Source of the DNA: Myxococcota bacterium | GTDB lineage: Bacteria > Myxococcota_A > UBA9042 > PHBI01 > JAWLBL01 | DNA length: 64,000 bases | Direction of reading: 5' to 3' | Assembly: GCA_041687695.1 (NCBI GenBank) | Contig: JAWLBL010000012.1 | Location: 1 to 64,000, forward strand | Part shown: positions 18,393 through 28,251 of the stretch, piece by piece | Numbering within the stretch: position 1 is the stretch's first letter | How the letters are laid out: each line of letters starts with the position of its first letter | Program-made: the position numbers and the translations under genes | The notes under the pieces: generated by a model | Told to the model about the DNA's origin: nothing | The model's database searches: none | What the model saw: only the letters and a program-made list of their open reading frames with translations

Positions 18393-19598
18393 TCAGCTGG
18401 GCGCCTTCTCCACGCGCCCGTCGAGGTACTTGGCGAAGCGGCCCTCCTCGCGCGGGTGGACCGGGTCGCTGGCGCCCCAGGGCCAGCCGCCGAAGCGGGT
18501 GCGCTGGTAGTCGGCGAAGGCCTGGCGGATCTCGTCCTGGGTGTTCATGACGAAGGGGCCGCGCTGGGCGACGGGCTCGCCGATGGGGCGGCCCTGCAGC
18601 ATCAGCAGCTCGACCTCGTCGGGGCCGGCCTCGAGGGAGACGGCGGCGTCCGAGCGCATCGCGAGCGTCTTGCCGCCCTCGATGGGCTTGCCGCCGACCT
18701 TCAGCGACTGGCCGTGGAAGAAGTACAGCATCCGGTTGAGGCCCGCCGAGCCGGCCGGCAGGGTCCAGCGCGCGCCGGGGGCCAGCTTCAAGGTCCAGAT
18801 GGCGACCTCGGCCTCGGGCCGCGAGGCGTACGACTTCGGCGGGGGCGCCGGCGCCTTGGCGTCACCGACGCGGCCGGCGATCACCGTCACCTCGGTCACG
18901 CGGCCGGCCTCGTCCTTGGCCTCGATTCTGGGGACGTCGGGCCCCCAGAACATCGAGAAGTGCGGGTCGGCGAACTTGTCGGCCGCCGGCAGGTTCAGCC
19001 AGATCTGGAACAGCTCGAGCGGGTTGTCCTGGTCCTGGTAGACCAGCGGGAACATCTCGCTGTGCTGGATGCCCTTGCCGGCGGTCAGCCACTGCACGTC
19101 GCCGCGGCCGTAGCGGGCCGCCGCGCCCATCGAGTCGGAGTGGTCGACCAGCCCCCGGCGCACGATGGTCACCGTCTCGAAGCCGCGGTGCGGGTGGGCC
19201 GGGAAGCCGGGGACGACGTGGCCGTGGTACATGCGCCAGCCATCGATGCCCTCGAAGTCCATGCCCAGGTTGCGCCCGGCCAGCGAGGCCACCGGCGCCA
19301 TGCGGGCGTCGCCCTTGGGGTAGGCGTCGTCGTGGTAGACGCAGAACAGGAACGGGTCGGGGGTCTTCCAGGGGAAGCCCAGCGGCTCGACCCGCACGAT
19401 GGCGTCCGCGCCGGTCTCCGCCCAGGCCGCGCTGGGGGCCTCGGGCGCCGGGTTCGTCGCCTGGGACGCCGCCGCCGGCTCGCCGGCCGCCGCCTGGGGG
19501 CTCGCCCCGGGCGGCGCGCACCCCGCCACCACCGCCGCGCCCGTGGCGCCCGCCGACACGATGACCTTCAAGGCGTCCCTCCGCGTGATCTCGTCCAT
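18393..19598 (-). CDS. Pirin family protein with Tat/lipoprotein signal
   Basis: GFPAHPHRGFETVT, AGKGIQHSE, FQIWLNLP, GPFVMNT. N-terminus TRRDALK...VVAGC. Confidence 0.92.
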   Translation of the reverse strand: MDEITRRDALKVIVSAGATGAAVVAGCAPPGASPQAAAGEPAAASQATNPAPEAPSAAWAETGADAIVRVEPLGFPWKTPDPFLFCVYHDDAYPKGDARMAPVASLAGRNLGMDFEGIDGWRMYHGHVVPGFPAHPHRGFETVTIVRRGLVDHSDSMGAAARYGRGDVQWLTAGKGIQHSEMFPLVYQDQDNPLELFQIWLNLPAADKFADPHFSMFWGPDVPRIEAKDEAGRVTEVTVIAGRVGDAKAPAPPPKSYASRPEAEVAIWTLKLAPGARWTLPAGSAGLNRMLYFFHGQSLKVGGKPIEGGKTLAMRSDAAVSLEAGPDEVELLMLQGRPIGEPVAQRGPFVMNTQDEIRQAFADYQRTRFGGWPWGASDPVHPREEGRFAKYLDGRVEKAPS

Positions 19599-19689
19599 GT
19601 CGCACCTGCTGCCGTTCATGCGGTCAGGTCACGCACCTTGCCAGCGCCGCACGTGGGCGCCAAGGCGCGTGTCGAGGACGGCATAACGC

Positions 19690-19923
19690 TCAGAGGCGGT
19701 AATGGGTTCCATCGCAGAAGGGCGGATTGGCGGTGTGCCCGCAGGCGCACAGCTTGCGCGTGCACGGCTCGTCCACCTCGAAGGCGACGGCCTCGGCCGC
19801 GCAGGCGGGATCGGTGCCCGCGCACAGGGGCAAGGTGGGCGAGCGGCCACAGGCGCACCAGCGGTGGCGCCCGGCCTCGAGTCGAAGGGTGATCCCACGC
19901 TTGGGACGCGCCTCGACGGTCAT
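19690..19923 (-). CDS. CDGSH iron-sulfur domain protein (two motifs)
   Basis: WCACGRSPTLPLCAGTD and LCACGHTANPPFCDGTH. Start overlaps the globin stop (ATGA). Confidence 0.85.
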   Translation of the reverse strand: MTVEARPKRGITLRLEAGRHRWCACGRSPTLPLCAGTDPACAAEAVAFEVDEPCTRKLCACGHTANPPFCDGTHYRL

Positions 19924-20579
19924 GGCTGCGCCCCCTCGAGCAGCGTCGGGTCGACCTCGCCGATGCGCGCGGCCACCGCGGGGCGGCCTGGGGCGGCCGC
20001 GTCCTGGGGGAAGCAGGCCCGACACCAGGTCTCGCCGGTCCGCACGTGGTAGCGCGCCATCGCGCCGGCCGGGACCTCGACGCCGCAGGCGTCGCACAGC
20101 GCGCCGATGGCCATCTCGACGTCCTCGTACCCCTCGAGCGGCATGGCGACGCCGCCGATCTTCCGCGGGCGCGGCGTGTCCTTGACGATCTGCTTGCGGA
20201 AGGCCTCGTCGACCTCGCGGACGTGCGCGACCAGCGCCTCGGACAGCCCGTAGCGGCGCAGGCAGTCGGCCAGCAGGTCCTCGCGGTAGTCGAACAGCTC
20301 GTCCGAGATGACCATCCAGGCGTGGGCGTTGCGCGGGCGGGCGCCGAAGTAGACCGGCTCGCCCGTGAAGATGGCGCTCAGGAAGCTGTATTGCTGCTCG
20401 ATGGCGCGCTGGCGGGTCGTGTGGACGAAGAACGGCGCGAGCCGCGGGTCGGCGTACACGCGCGTGTAGAAGTCCTCGAGCACCTGGGTCAGGCCCACGC
20501 CGTGGCCGAGGGCGGCCCACAGGTCGGGGTGCGGTTCGAGAATGCCCGGGCGCGGGCGGCGGTCGGGTTGCGCGGTCAC
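19920..20579 (-). CDS. Group 1 truncated haemoglobin with C-terminal CxxC...CxxC domain
   Basis: FYTRVYADPRLAPFF (B9-B10 FY, CD1 F), proximal His in RNAH, tail LCDAC...WCRAC, RBS AGGAGG. Confidence 0.85.
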   Translation of the reverse strand: MTAQPDRRPRPGILEPHPDLWAALGHGVGLTQVLEDFYTRVYADPRLAPFFVHTTRQRAIEQQYSFLSAIFTGEPVYFGARPRNAHAWMVISDELFDYREDLLADCLRRYGLSEALVAHVREVDEAFRKQIVKDTPRPRKIGGVAMPLEGYEDVEMAIGALCDACGVEVPAGAMARYHVRTGETWCRACFPQDAAAPGRPAVAARIGEVDPTLLEGAQP

Positions 20580-20627
20580 TCGGGGGCCCTCCTAGGCGTT
20601 CAAGGGACTCGGGACTCCGAATTGACC

Positions 20628-20642
20628 GCAGGCGCCGCGCCA
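20628..20642 (-). promoter_or_regulatory. Possible sigma54 -24/-12 promoter for the globin operon
   Basis: Minus strand TGGCGCG-GCGC-CTGC, about 50 nt upstream of the globin start. Weak match in high-GC DNA. Confidence 0.3.
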
Positions 20643-20661
20643 CGCCAATGAGGCAGGTGAA

Positions 20662-21414
20662 TCATTTTGCGGGGGTGGCCGCCATTTGGTGCGATTGCAC
20701 CAGACGCTCTGGCCGTGGCGCGGCGGCGGCGCGGGGGCGCTCGGGGACGGGCTCGGCCAGGGCGCGGCTGACGACGCGCCAGTGCAGGGCGACGCCGGCC
20801 AGGACGCCCAGATGGAACAGCTCGTGGGGGCCGACCACGCCGGGGATGACCGTGGGCCACTGGAACAGCTCGAGCAGGGCGCCGACGCTGTAGGCCAGGC
20901 CGCCGCCGATGAGGCCGCGGATGGCCGCGCGGCGGCGCGAGCGCCACAGGGCGAAGGCGGTCACGGCGCCCAGCCAGCCGAGGCCCAGGTAGAGCGCCAG
21001 GCCGAAGCCCTCGCCGACCGAGTCGAAGAAGATGGTCTTCAAGGTGAGGCCGGTGATGGCGACGACCCAGACCAGGACCGGGATGGACCAGCGCCAGCCG
21101 CCGCGGAACAGGACGCCGTGGATGGCGGTGAAGCTGCCGGCGATCTGGACGAAGATGCCGGCGTGGTCCAGGCGCTGCAGGACGGCGCGCGGGGCGCCGC
21201 CGGGCTCGAGCAGGTGGTAGACGCCGCTCATCGCGAACATGAAGAAGGCGCCGAAGGCGAAGACGCCCAGGGCCAAGCGCTCGCCCGGCCCGCGCCCGCG
21301 GCGCACCAGGGCGACCGAGGCGATGGCGACGGCGAGCGCGCCGAGGAGGTGCGTCCAGCAGGCGACCGGCTCGCTGAAGCCGGGGATCGAGAGGATGTGG
21401 GTGTGCGTGTCCAT
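20662..21414 (-). CDS. Hemolysin III / PAQR family membrane protein
   Basis: EPVACWTH, SGVYH, LQRLDHAGIF..IAGSFT, HELFHLGV. Confidence 0.92.
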   Translation of the reverse strand: MDTHTHILSIPGFSEPVACWTHLLGALAVAIASVALVRRGRGPGERLALGVFAFGAFFMFAMSGVYHLLEPGGAPRAVLQRLDHAGIFVQIAGSFTAIHGVLFRGGWRWSIPVLVWVVAITGLTLKTIFFDSVGEGFGLALYLGLGWLGAVTAFALWRSRRRAAIRGLIGGGLAYSVGALLELFQWPTVIPGVVGPHELFHLGVLAGVALHWRVVSRALAEPVPERPRAAAAPRPERLVQSHQMAATPAK

Positions 21415-21543
21415 GTCTCCATCGTCCGCGCCGGAGCGCCTCGGGGACAGCTTCATCCGGGGGCTTTACCAAGGTTTGACAGTCGCGCCGCGGCCCTGGC
21501 CTGGCCTTGACTTCCGCCGACCCTCCGGGCTACCCACGTGGCC

Positions 21544-24348
21544 ATGTCCGCAGCCGACGCAGCCCGGCGGGTCGTGGGGGCGACCGAGCAGGCCGCCGGC
21601 GGGGGCGCCGCGGACAGCGCCGACGACTGGGCGCGCCACCTGTCCGACGCCCGCGCCTACGAGCTGGCCCACGACACGCGGGTCGGCCGCACGATCGGGC
21701 GCCCGCTGTCCCCGACCGTCTCGGTCGACCTGATGGCCGGCTACTCCTTGGACGGCGACGCCGCTGCCCAAGCCCCGGCCCCCGCCGCCTACACCCTGGA
21801 CGGCGACGCCGCCGCCGAGGCCCCCGCGCCCTACACCCTGGACCGCGAGGCCGGCGCCCCGCGCGAGGCGACCGCCGACCCCGAGCAGCGCGTCCGCCTG
21901 GTCGACGCCGCCGGCTTCGCCCTGACCGGCGAGTTGGGCCAGGGCGGCATGGGCGTGGTCCACGAGGCCACCCAGACGGGCCTCGGCCGCGAGGTCGCCG
22001 TCAAGACGCTGCGCCCCGAGCTGGCCCACACCGCCGCCGCCGCCCGCTTCGCCGCCGAGGCCCGCATCACCGGGCGCCTCGAGCACCCGGGCGTCGTCCC
22101 GGTGCACGCCTACGGCGTCGACCCGGCCGGCCGCCCCGCCCTGGTGATGAAGCGCATCCGCGGCGTCGCCTGGACCCAGCTGCTGGCCCAGCGCCCGCCC
22201 GACGGCGACGCCCACGCCGCGCGCGAGGCCCTGCGCCGCCACCTGGGCATCCTGCAGCGCGTCGCCGAGACGGTCGCCTTCGCCCACGAGCGCGGCGTCA
22301 TCCACCGCGATCTCAAGCCCGACAACATCCTCATCGGGCAGTTCGAGGAGGTCCTGGTCACCGACTGGGGCATCGCCCTCGAGCTGGACGCCCGCCGCGC
22401 CCCGCCGCCCGGCGCGCCCTGGGACCTCATCGGCACGCCGTCCTACCTGGCGCCCGAGATGCTGGCCCCCGACGAGCGCCGCCAGGGGCCCTGGACCGAC
22501 GTCTTCCTGCTGGGCGGGCTGCTCTACGAGGTGCTGACCGGCGGTCCGCCGCACCCCGGCGCCACCGTCATGGAGGCCGTGCGCCACGCCGGGCGCGGCC
22601 ACGTCACGCCGCCTGCGCACCGCGCCCCCGACCGCCTGGTGCCGGCCGAGCTGTCGGACATCGCGCTGCGCGCCCTGGACGCCGACCCGACGCGCCGCTT
22701 CCCGTCGGCGACCGCCTTCGCCGCCGCGCTGGACGAGTTCCTCAGCAACCAGGAGGCCGCCGCCATCGCGGCCGAAGCCCTGGACCACCTGGCCCGGGTC
22801 GAGGCCGACGTCGCGGCCGCCGCGCGCCCGCCCGCCGCGCTGTACACCGCCTTCGCCCAGGTCACCGCGCAGCTCGGCCAGTCGCTGACCCTGTGGCCCC
22901 AGGGCCGCCGGGCCCGCGAGGGCCTGCACCGCGCCCGCGCCGCCTGGGCCGAGCTGGCCCTGACCCAGCGCGACGTCAACGCCGCCGAGGCCCAGGTCGC
23001 CGAGCTGCCGCCCGACCTGCCGCGCACGGTGATGCTGCGCCGCGACATCGCCGCGCTGCGCGCCCGCCAGCGCCGCGACCGCCGCCTGCGCCTGGCGGTG
23101 CTGGTCGGCATCGCCGTGGCCGCGCTGGTCGCCCTGGTCGGCGGCTGGACCACCCTGCGCCAGGCCGCGCGCGCCGACCGCGCCGAGGCCGCCGCCGCCC
23201 GCCGCGACGCCGCGCTGGCCAAGGTCGAGGGCGCCGCCTGGAAGGAGCCGGCCGACCGCATCGCGCTGTACGAGGCGGCCATCGCCCTGGACCCCAGCTG
23301 GCGCGAGGCCTACGCCGAGCTGAACGCCGCCTGGCTCGAGCGGGCGCTGGACGAGGCCGACGACGACCCGGCCGCCTGCGCCGCCAGCCTGGCCGCCGCG
23401 CGCGAGGTGCTGGACCGGGTGCTGGCCCGCGAGCCCGGCTACGACGTGGCCCTGTACTACCGCGGCTATACGTCACAGATGATGGGCGACGGCCCGGGCG
23501 CCCTGCCCGACCTCGAGGCCGCGGCGCGGGCCGCCCCGAGCGGCCACGACGGCCTGGCGGCGGCCACGGTCATCGCTCTGAGCCGGGGGGACGTGGCCGA
23601 GGCGAAGCGCCTGGCGACCGCCGCGATCGCCGCCCAGGGCGACGAGGACGACTACGCGCGCCGGGCGCTGGCCCGCTACGTCGAGGGCGACCTCGACGGG
23701 GCGCTGGCCGACCTGGCGGCGGCCGAGGGCTTCCGCCCGGCCGAGGAGGACTACGACAGCTTCGCGGCGTTGTTCCACCTCGCGCGGGGCGACCGGCGGG
23801 CGGCCTCCGAGCGGCTGGTCGCCGGGGTCGCCGCCCACACCCGCACGCCGCACATCCTGCCGCTGCTGGCCTATCTGGCGGCCACGCGCGGGGACACGGA
23901 CGAGGCGCGCGCGCTCGAGGCGGCCGCCCGCGCCGAGCTGAAGGCCTACGCCGGGTGCTTTCTGGACTTCGCGCTGGTCACCCAGATCGTGGGCACGGCG
24001 CCGGGCGAGCGGGGCGTGCTCGGCCGGGCGGCCCTCATGCGAGAGGATCTGTCGGGGCTGTCGCCCGCGCAGCCGCCGCCCACGGTCGCCCTGCGCGCCC
24101 AGGCGCAGGCGGCGCTGGACGGGGGTGACGCGACCGCCGCGCTGGCGCTGACCGAGCGGGTCCTCGCCGACGAGCCGGCCGACGGCCTGACGCGGCTCTT
24201 GCGCGCCCGGGCCCTCATCGCGCTGGGCCACCCGCGGGCCGCGGCCCGGGATCTGGCGCTGGTGCCGCGGCTGGCGCCGACCCGCGCCGCCGAGGCCGCC
24301 GCCTTCGCCGCCGCGCTGGCCGATCCGCCGTCCGGGGTGGTGCCGTGA
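21544..24348 (+). CDS. Membrane Ser/Thr protein kinase with TPR domain (copy 1)
   Basis: LGQGGMGVV, VAVK, HRDLKPDN, DWG, GTPSYLAPE, a TM helix, then TPR-like repeats. Confidence 0.93.
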   Translation: MSAADAARRVVGATEQAAGGGAADSADDWARHLSDARAYELAHDTRVGRTIGRPLSPTVSVDLMAGYSLDGDAAAQAPAPAAYTLDGDAAAEAPAPYTLDREAGAPREATADPEQRVRLVDAAGFALTGELGQGGMGVVHEATQTGLGREVAVKTLRPELAHTAAAARFAAEARITGRLEHPGVVPVHAYGVDPAGRPALVMKRIRGVAWTQLLAQRPPDGDAHAAREALRRHLGILQRVAETVAFAHERGVIHRDLKPDNILIGQFEEVLVTDWGIALELDARRAPPPGAPWDLIGTPSYLAPEMLAPDERRQGPWTDVFLLGGLLYEVLTGGPPHPGATVMEAVRHAGRGHVTPPAHRAPDRLVPAELSDIALRALDADPTRRFPSATAFAAALDEFLSNQEAAAIAAEALDHLARVEADVAAAARPPAALYTAFAQVTAQLGQSLTLWPQGRRAREGLHRARAAWAELALTQRDVNAAEAQVAELPPDLPRTVMLRRDIAALRARQRRDRRLRLAVLVGIAVAALVALVGGWTTLRQAARADRAEAAAARRDAALAKVEGAAWKEPADRIALYEAAIALDPSWREAYAELNAAWLERALDEADDDPAACAASLAAAREVLDRVLAREPGYDVALYYRGYTSQMMGDGPGALPDLEAAARAAPSGHDGLAAATVIALSRGDVAEAKRLATAAIAAQGDEDDYARRALARYVEGDLDGALADLAAAEGFRPAEEDYDSFAALFHLARGDRRAASERLVAGVAAHTRTPHILPLLAYLAATRGDTDEARALEAAARAELKAYAGCFLDFALVTQIVGTAPGERGVLGRAALMREDLSGLSPAQPPPTVALRAQAQAALDGGDATAALALTERVLADEPADGLTRLLRARALIALGHPRAAARDLALVPRLAPTRAAEAAAFAAALADPPSGVVP

Positions 24349-27041
24349 GCACACGCGACCTGATGCAGGAGGCGCGCGACCGCGTGCACCAGACGCTGGG
24401 GGTCGACGCCATCGCGCTCGCCGACGACCCGCGCGTCGGCCACACCTTCGGCAGCTGCTTCGGCGCGCACGACCCGGTGATGGACGCCGACGACGACGCG
24501 CTGGCCCTGGATCTGGCCGAGCCCGACTTCGCGCCCGAGGTGTCGCCCGCCGCGCGCGCCGCGCTGGCCTTCTCGGAGCTGGTCGAGGAGTCCGCGCTGG
24601 AGCTGGCCGAGCCCGAGGGCGACGCCGCGGACCGGCTGACGTTGCGGGGCGCCGAGCAGCTGGCGCTGGACTTCGTGCTGGGCCAGGGCGGCATGGGCGT
24701 CGTGTGGGCGGCGCGGCAGGCGGGCCTCGACCGCACGGTGGCGGTCAAGACGCTGCACGCGCGGGTGACGTCGGCGCGGGCGGTGGCGCGGTTCGCCGAC
24801 GAGGCGCGGGTCACGGGGCGCCTCGAGCACCCGAACATCGTGCCGGTGCACGCCTTCGGGCACGACGCCGCCGGGCGGCCGTGGCTGGTGATGAAGGTGG
24901 TGCGCGGGGTCGAGTGGGGGGATCTGCTGGCGGCGGCGCCCGACGACGGCAGCGCGCTGCGGCAGCACCTGCGCATCCTGCAGCGGGTGTGCGCGGCCGT
25001 GGCCTACGCGCACGACCACGGGGTGCTGCACCGGGACCTCAAGCCGGCCAACGTGATGATCGGCGAGTTCGGCGAGGTGCTGCTGACCGACTGGGGCATC
25101 GCGCTGGATCTGGACGAGCGGCGGCCGCTGGCGCCGGGGGCGAAGCGGGCGCTGACGGGGACGCCGGCCTACATGGCGCCCGAGATGGTGGCGGGCGACC
25201 CGATGGTGCTCGGGCCCTGGACGGACGTGTATCTGCTGGGCGGGCTGCTGTACGAGGTGCTGACCGGGACGGCGCCGCACGCGGGCAAGAGCGTGCTGGA
25301 CGCGGCGGTGGCGGCGGCGGCGGGCGACCTCGAGCCGCCGCAGCGGCGGGCGCCGCACCGGGTAATCCCCGACGAGCTGGCGGCCATCGCCCGCAAGGCG
25401 CTGTCGGTGCGCATCGACGACCGCTACGAGGACCCGATGGCGCTGTCGCGGGCCATCGACGGGTACCTGGAGAACGAGGCGGCCGGGCGGCTGGCTGCGG
25501 CGGCGCTGGAGCGGCTGGCCGAGACGGAGCGGGCGGCGGCCGAGGGGGCGTGGGCGCCGGCGCGGGTTTACGGCGGGTTCGAGGGGGCGATCGCCGGGCT
25601 GACGCAGGCGCTGGCGCTGTGGGCCGAGTGCCGGCCGGCGGTCAAGGGGCTGCGGCGGGCGCGGCTCGCGTGCGCGCGGTTCGCGGTGGCGCAGGGGGAC
25701 CCGACGGCGGCGGAGGCGCAGCTGGGCGAGCTGCCCGGGGAGATGCCCGAGGCGGAGGCGCTGCGGGCGAAGGTGGCGGGGCTGCACGCGGCGCGGGCGG
25801 CGGCGGCGCGGCGGCGGCGGTGGCTGCGGGTGGGGCTGGGCGGGGCGTGCACGGCGGCGCTGGCGTTCGTGGTGGCGGGGGTGCTGGAGACGCAGCGGGC
25901 GGAGGCCGAGGAGGCGATGGCGGCGCAGCGGCGGGCGGCCATCGCGGCGGTGGACGGGCTGACCTGGAAGGACGCGGACGGGCGCATCGCGATGCTGGGC
26001 GACGCGGTGCGCATCGACCCGACCTGGCGCGAGGCCTACACCGAGCTGGCCGGCGCGCTGACCGACCGGGCGTACGAGAAGGCGCCCGAGGACCCGGGGG
26101 CGTGCGCGGCGGATCTGGGCCAGTCGGCGCAGGTGCTGACGAACCTCATCGACCTCGACCCGGGCCACGTCGCGGGGCGCTACTACCTGGGATACGCGTG
26201 GCACATGCTGGGCGACGCCGAGCGGGCGGCCGCCGAGTACGAGCAGGCGGCCAAGCTCGGGCCCGACACCCACGACGGGGTGGCCTCGGCGTCGGTGCTG
26301 GCGTTGCGCGAGGGGCGGCTCAGCGAGGCCGAGGCGCTGCTGGAGCGGGCGGTGGCGCTGGGCGGCGACGAGGACGACCACATGCGGCGGGCGGTGGTTC
26401 GCTACGCGCTGGGCAAGCCCGAGCAGGCCATGGCCGACCTCGAGACGTTGATCGGGGGGTCGCCGACCTCGCCCGAGTATCCGGCGCTGGCGGCGCTGGT
26501 CCTGGCCAGCCGGGGCGACCTGGCGCGCGCGTCCGAGCAGGTCCTGGCGGCGCTGCGCCTGCACGCCCGCAGCCCCCACGCGCTGCCGCTCGCCGCCTGG
26601 CTGGCCGCCCGGCGCGGCGACACGGCGGCCGCGAAGGCCCTGAGCGAGCGCGCCCGGCAGGCCAAGGCCGCCTACTCGGCCTGCTACCTGGACCACGACC
26701 CGGTCCACCGCACCCTGACGAAGGCCCCGGGCGCCGCGGGCGAGCTGGGCCGCGCCTTCCTCTTGGACCTGCCGCTGGACGCGGTGCCCCCGGTCGACGC
26801 GCCGGCCGGCGCCGCGCTGCGCGCCGAAGCGCAGACCGCCCTCGACGCCGGCGACCCCTCGCGCGCCCTGGCCTTCGCCTCGCGCGCCCTGGCCGCCGAC
26901 GCCACCGACGGCCCCGCCCGCCTGCTGCGCGCCCGCGCCCTCATCGCCCTCGGCCACCCCGGCGCCGCGCGCTCGGACCTGGCCCTCCTCCCCCTCGTCG
27001 CGCCCCACCTGTCCGCCGCCGCCGAGGCGCTGGCTCCCTGA
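24345..27041 (+). CDS. Membrane Ser/Thr protein kinase with TPR domain (copy 2)
   Basis: Same motifs (HRDLKPAN, GTPAYMAPE). Its GTG overlaps the previous stop (GTGA). Confidence 0.93.
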   Translation: MSTRDLMQEARDRVHQTLGVDAIALADDPRVGHTFGSCFGAHDPVMDADDDALALDLAEPDFAPEVSPAARAALAFSELVEESALELAEPEGDAADRLTLRGAEQLALDFVLGQGGMGVVWAARQAGLDRTVAVKTLHARVTSARAVARFADEARVTGRLEHPNIVPVHAFGHDAAGRPWLVMKVVRGVEWGDLLAAAPDDGSALRQHLRILQRVCAAVAYAHDHGVLHRDLKPANVMIGEFGEVLLTDWGIALDLDERRPLAPGAKRALTGTPAYMAPEMVAGDPMVLGPWTDVYLLGGLLYEVLTGTAPHAGKSVLDAAVAAAAGDLEPPQRRAPHRVIPDELAAIARKALSVRIDDRYEDPMALSRAIDGYLENEAAGRLAAAALERLAETERAAAEGAWAPARVYGGFEGAIAGLTQALALWAECRPAVKGLRRARLACARFAVAQGDPTAAEAQLGELPGEMPEAEALRAKVAGLHAARAAAARRRRWLRVGLGGACTAALAFVVAGVLETQRAEAEEAMAAQRRAAIAAVDGLTWKDADGRIAMLGDAVRIDPTWREAYTELAGALTDRAYEKAPEDPGACAADLGQSAQVLTNLIDLDPGHVAGRYYLGYAWHMLGDAERAAAEYEQAAKLGPDTHDGVASASVLALREGRLSEAEALLERAVALGGDEDDHMRRAVVRYALGKPEQAMADLETLIGGSPTSPEYPALAALVLASRGDLARASEQVLAALRLHARSPHALPLAAWLAARRGDTAAAKALSERARQAKAAYSACYLDHDPVHRTLTKAPGAAGELGRAFLLDLPLDAVPPVDAPAGAALRAEAQTALDAGDPSRALAFASRALAADATDGPARLLRARALIALGHPGAARSDLALLPLVAPHLSAAAEALAP

Positions 27042-27090
27042 CCGGCGCCAGCTGGAAGAGGGTGTCGTCTGGATGCCGGCGCAGGCGCTC

Positions 27091-27184
27091 CTGGAGTGCT
27101 CCGGCTTGCCGCCGGGATCTGGCCGCCAACCCCGGCGCAGCAAGCTGCGCCGAATGGGGGCTCCACCAAGGTGGAGCACTCCAG
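27091..27184. repeat. Single REP-like doublet, same family as 17780-18387
   Basis: CTGGAGTGCTCC...GGAGCACTCCAG terminal inverted repeat. Shares the internal CGGCGCAGCAAGCTGCGCCG hairpin. Confidence 0.85.
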
Positions 27185-27272
27185 TGGGCCTCTTGCGACA
27201 CCCTCTCGAAGCCGGCGATCCCAGGATGCGAACCGCGGGAGGGCTGAACGGTGCGCGCGTGTTGAAGCCAAC

Positions 27273-28055
27273 GTGCGCACCGATCCCCATAGCCAGGCCA
27301 CCCTGCGCGCCTGCGTCCACTCCATCACCGGCCGCCGCTCGGGCAACGAGGACGCCTGCTGCAGCCTGCCCGATCTCGGCCTGTTCGCCGTCGCCGACGG
27401 CATGGGCGGCTACGAGGGCGGCGAGATCGCCAGCCAGCTGGCCATCGACACCCTGGTCGAGGTCGTGCGCGACGCCCTGACCCAGCCAGAGGGCGTGCGC
27501 CGCACCTGGCCCATCGGCTACGACCCCAAGCTGACCGAGGCCGAGAACGTCCTCAACATCGCCATCCGCCTGGCCCACGACCGCATCCGCGCCCGCCGCC
27601 AGGGCGCCCTCGAGCGCATGGGCTCGACCCTGGCCGTCCTGCTGGTCCACGAGGGCGAGGCGACCATCGCCCACATCGGCGACAGCCGCGTCTACCGCCT
27701 GCGCGAGGGCCGCCTGAGCCTGCTCACCCGCGACCACACCCTGGCCGAGGAGGTCGCCAGCCGCGGCACCCCGACCAGCGGCCGCGGCCTGTCCAACATT
27801 CTCACCCGCGCTCTCGGCTCCGACGCGGGCGCCCGCCGCGCCGGCCAACCCGAGCTGCGCACCGAGCCCGCCCAACCTGGCGACACCTTCCTCCTGTGCT
27901 CCGACGGCCTCTCCGGCGCCCTGACCGAGACCCAGCTGGCGGCCCACCTCACCGCCTCGCCCCCCGACGCCGCCTGCCACGCCCTGGTCGACGCCGCCTT
28001 CGACGCCGGCAGCCACGACAACATCACCGCCGTCGTCGTCGCGCTGGGCGCCTGA
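27273..28055 (+). CDS. PP2C-family Ser/Thr phosphatase
   Basis: R..NED, VADGMGG, AHIGDSRVY, LCSDGL, GSHDNIT. Start approximate. Confidence 0.92.
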   Translation: MRTDPHSQATLRACVHSITGRRSGNEDACCSLPDLGLFAVADGMGGYEGGEIASQLAIDTLVEVVRDALTQPEGVRRTWPIGYDPKLTEAENVLNIAIRLAHDRIRARRQGALERMGSTLAVLLVHEGEATIAHIGDSRVYRLREGRLSLLTRDHTLAEEVASRGTPTSGRGLSNILTRALGSDAGARRAGQPELRTEPAQPGDTFLLCSDGLSGALTETQLAAHLTASPPDAACHALVDAAFDAGSHDNITAVVVALGA

Positions 28056-28251
28056 GTCGAAACAGGCCGCCGCCCGCACCACTTCCCAGACCGGCGAGCC
28101 CTGGAACCGCCCGCCGGCCCCCCTGGCCGCGCAGCCCCTTTCGGCCGACGGATGCGCTCGACCGCGCTGCAGGATGACCTGGGAGGTCATCGACAGCCTC
28201 GCCCCCCACACTCATAACGGCTCCGAATCCTGTCACCTACGGAGCCTTTCG

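Noticed and set aside
17735..18550. ORFs within the 302-bp repeats
   Set aside because: They are translations of palindromic REP-like DNA, and the period is not a multiple of 3.
23946..28211. Very long ORFs such as 23946..28211(-), 48013..52764(+), 57303..61232(-) and 8874..11435(+)
   Set aside because: They are antisense or off-frame shadows of real genes. Stop codons are scarce at this GC content and the translations are low-complexity Arg/Gly/Pro.
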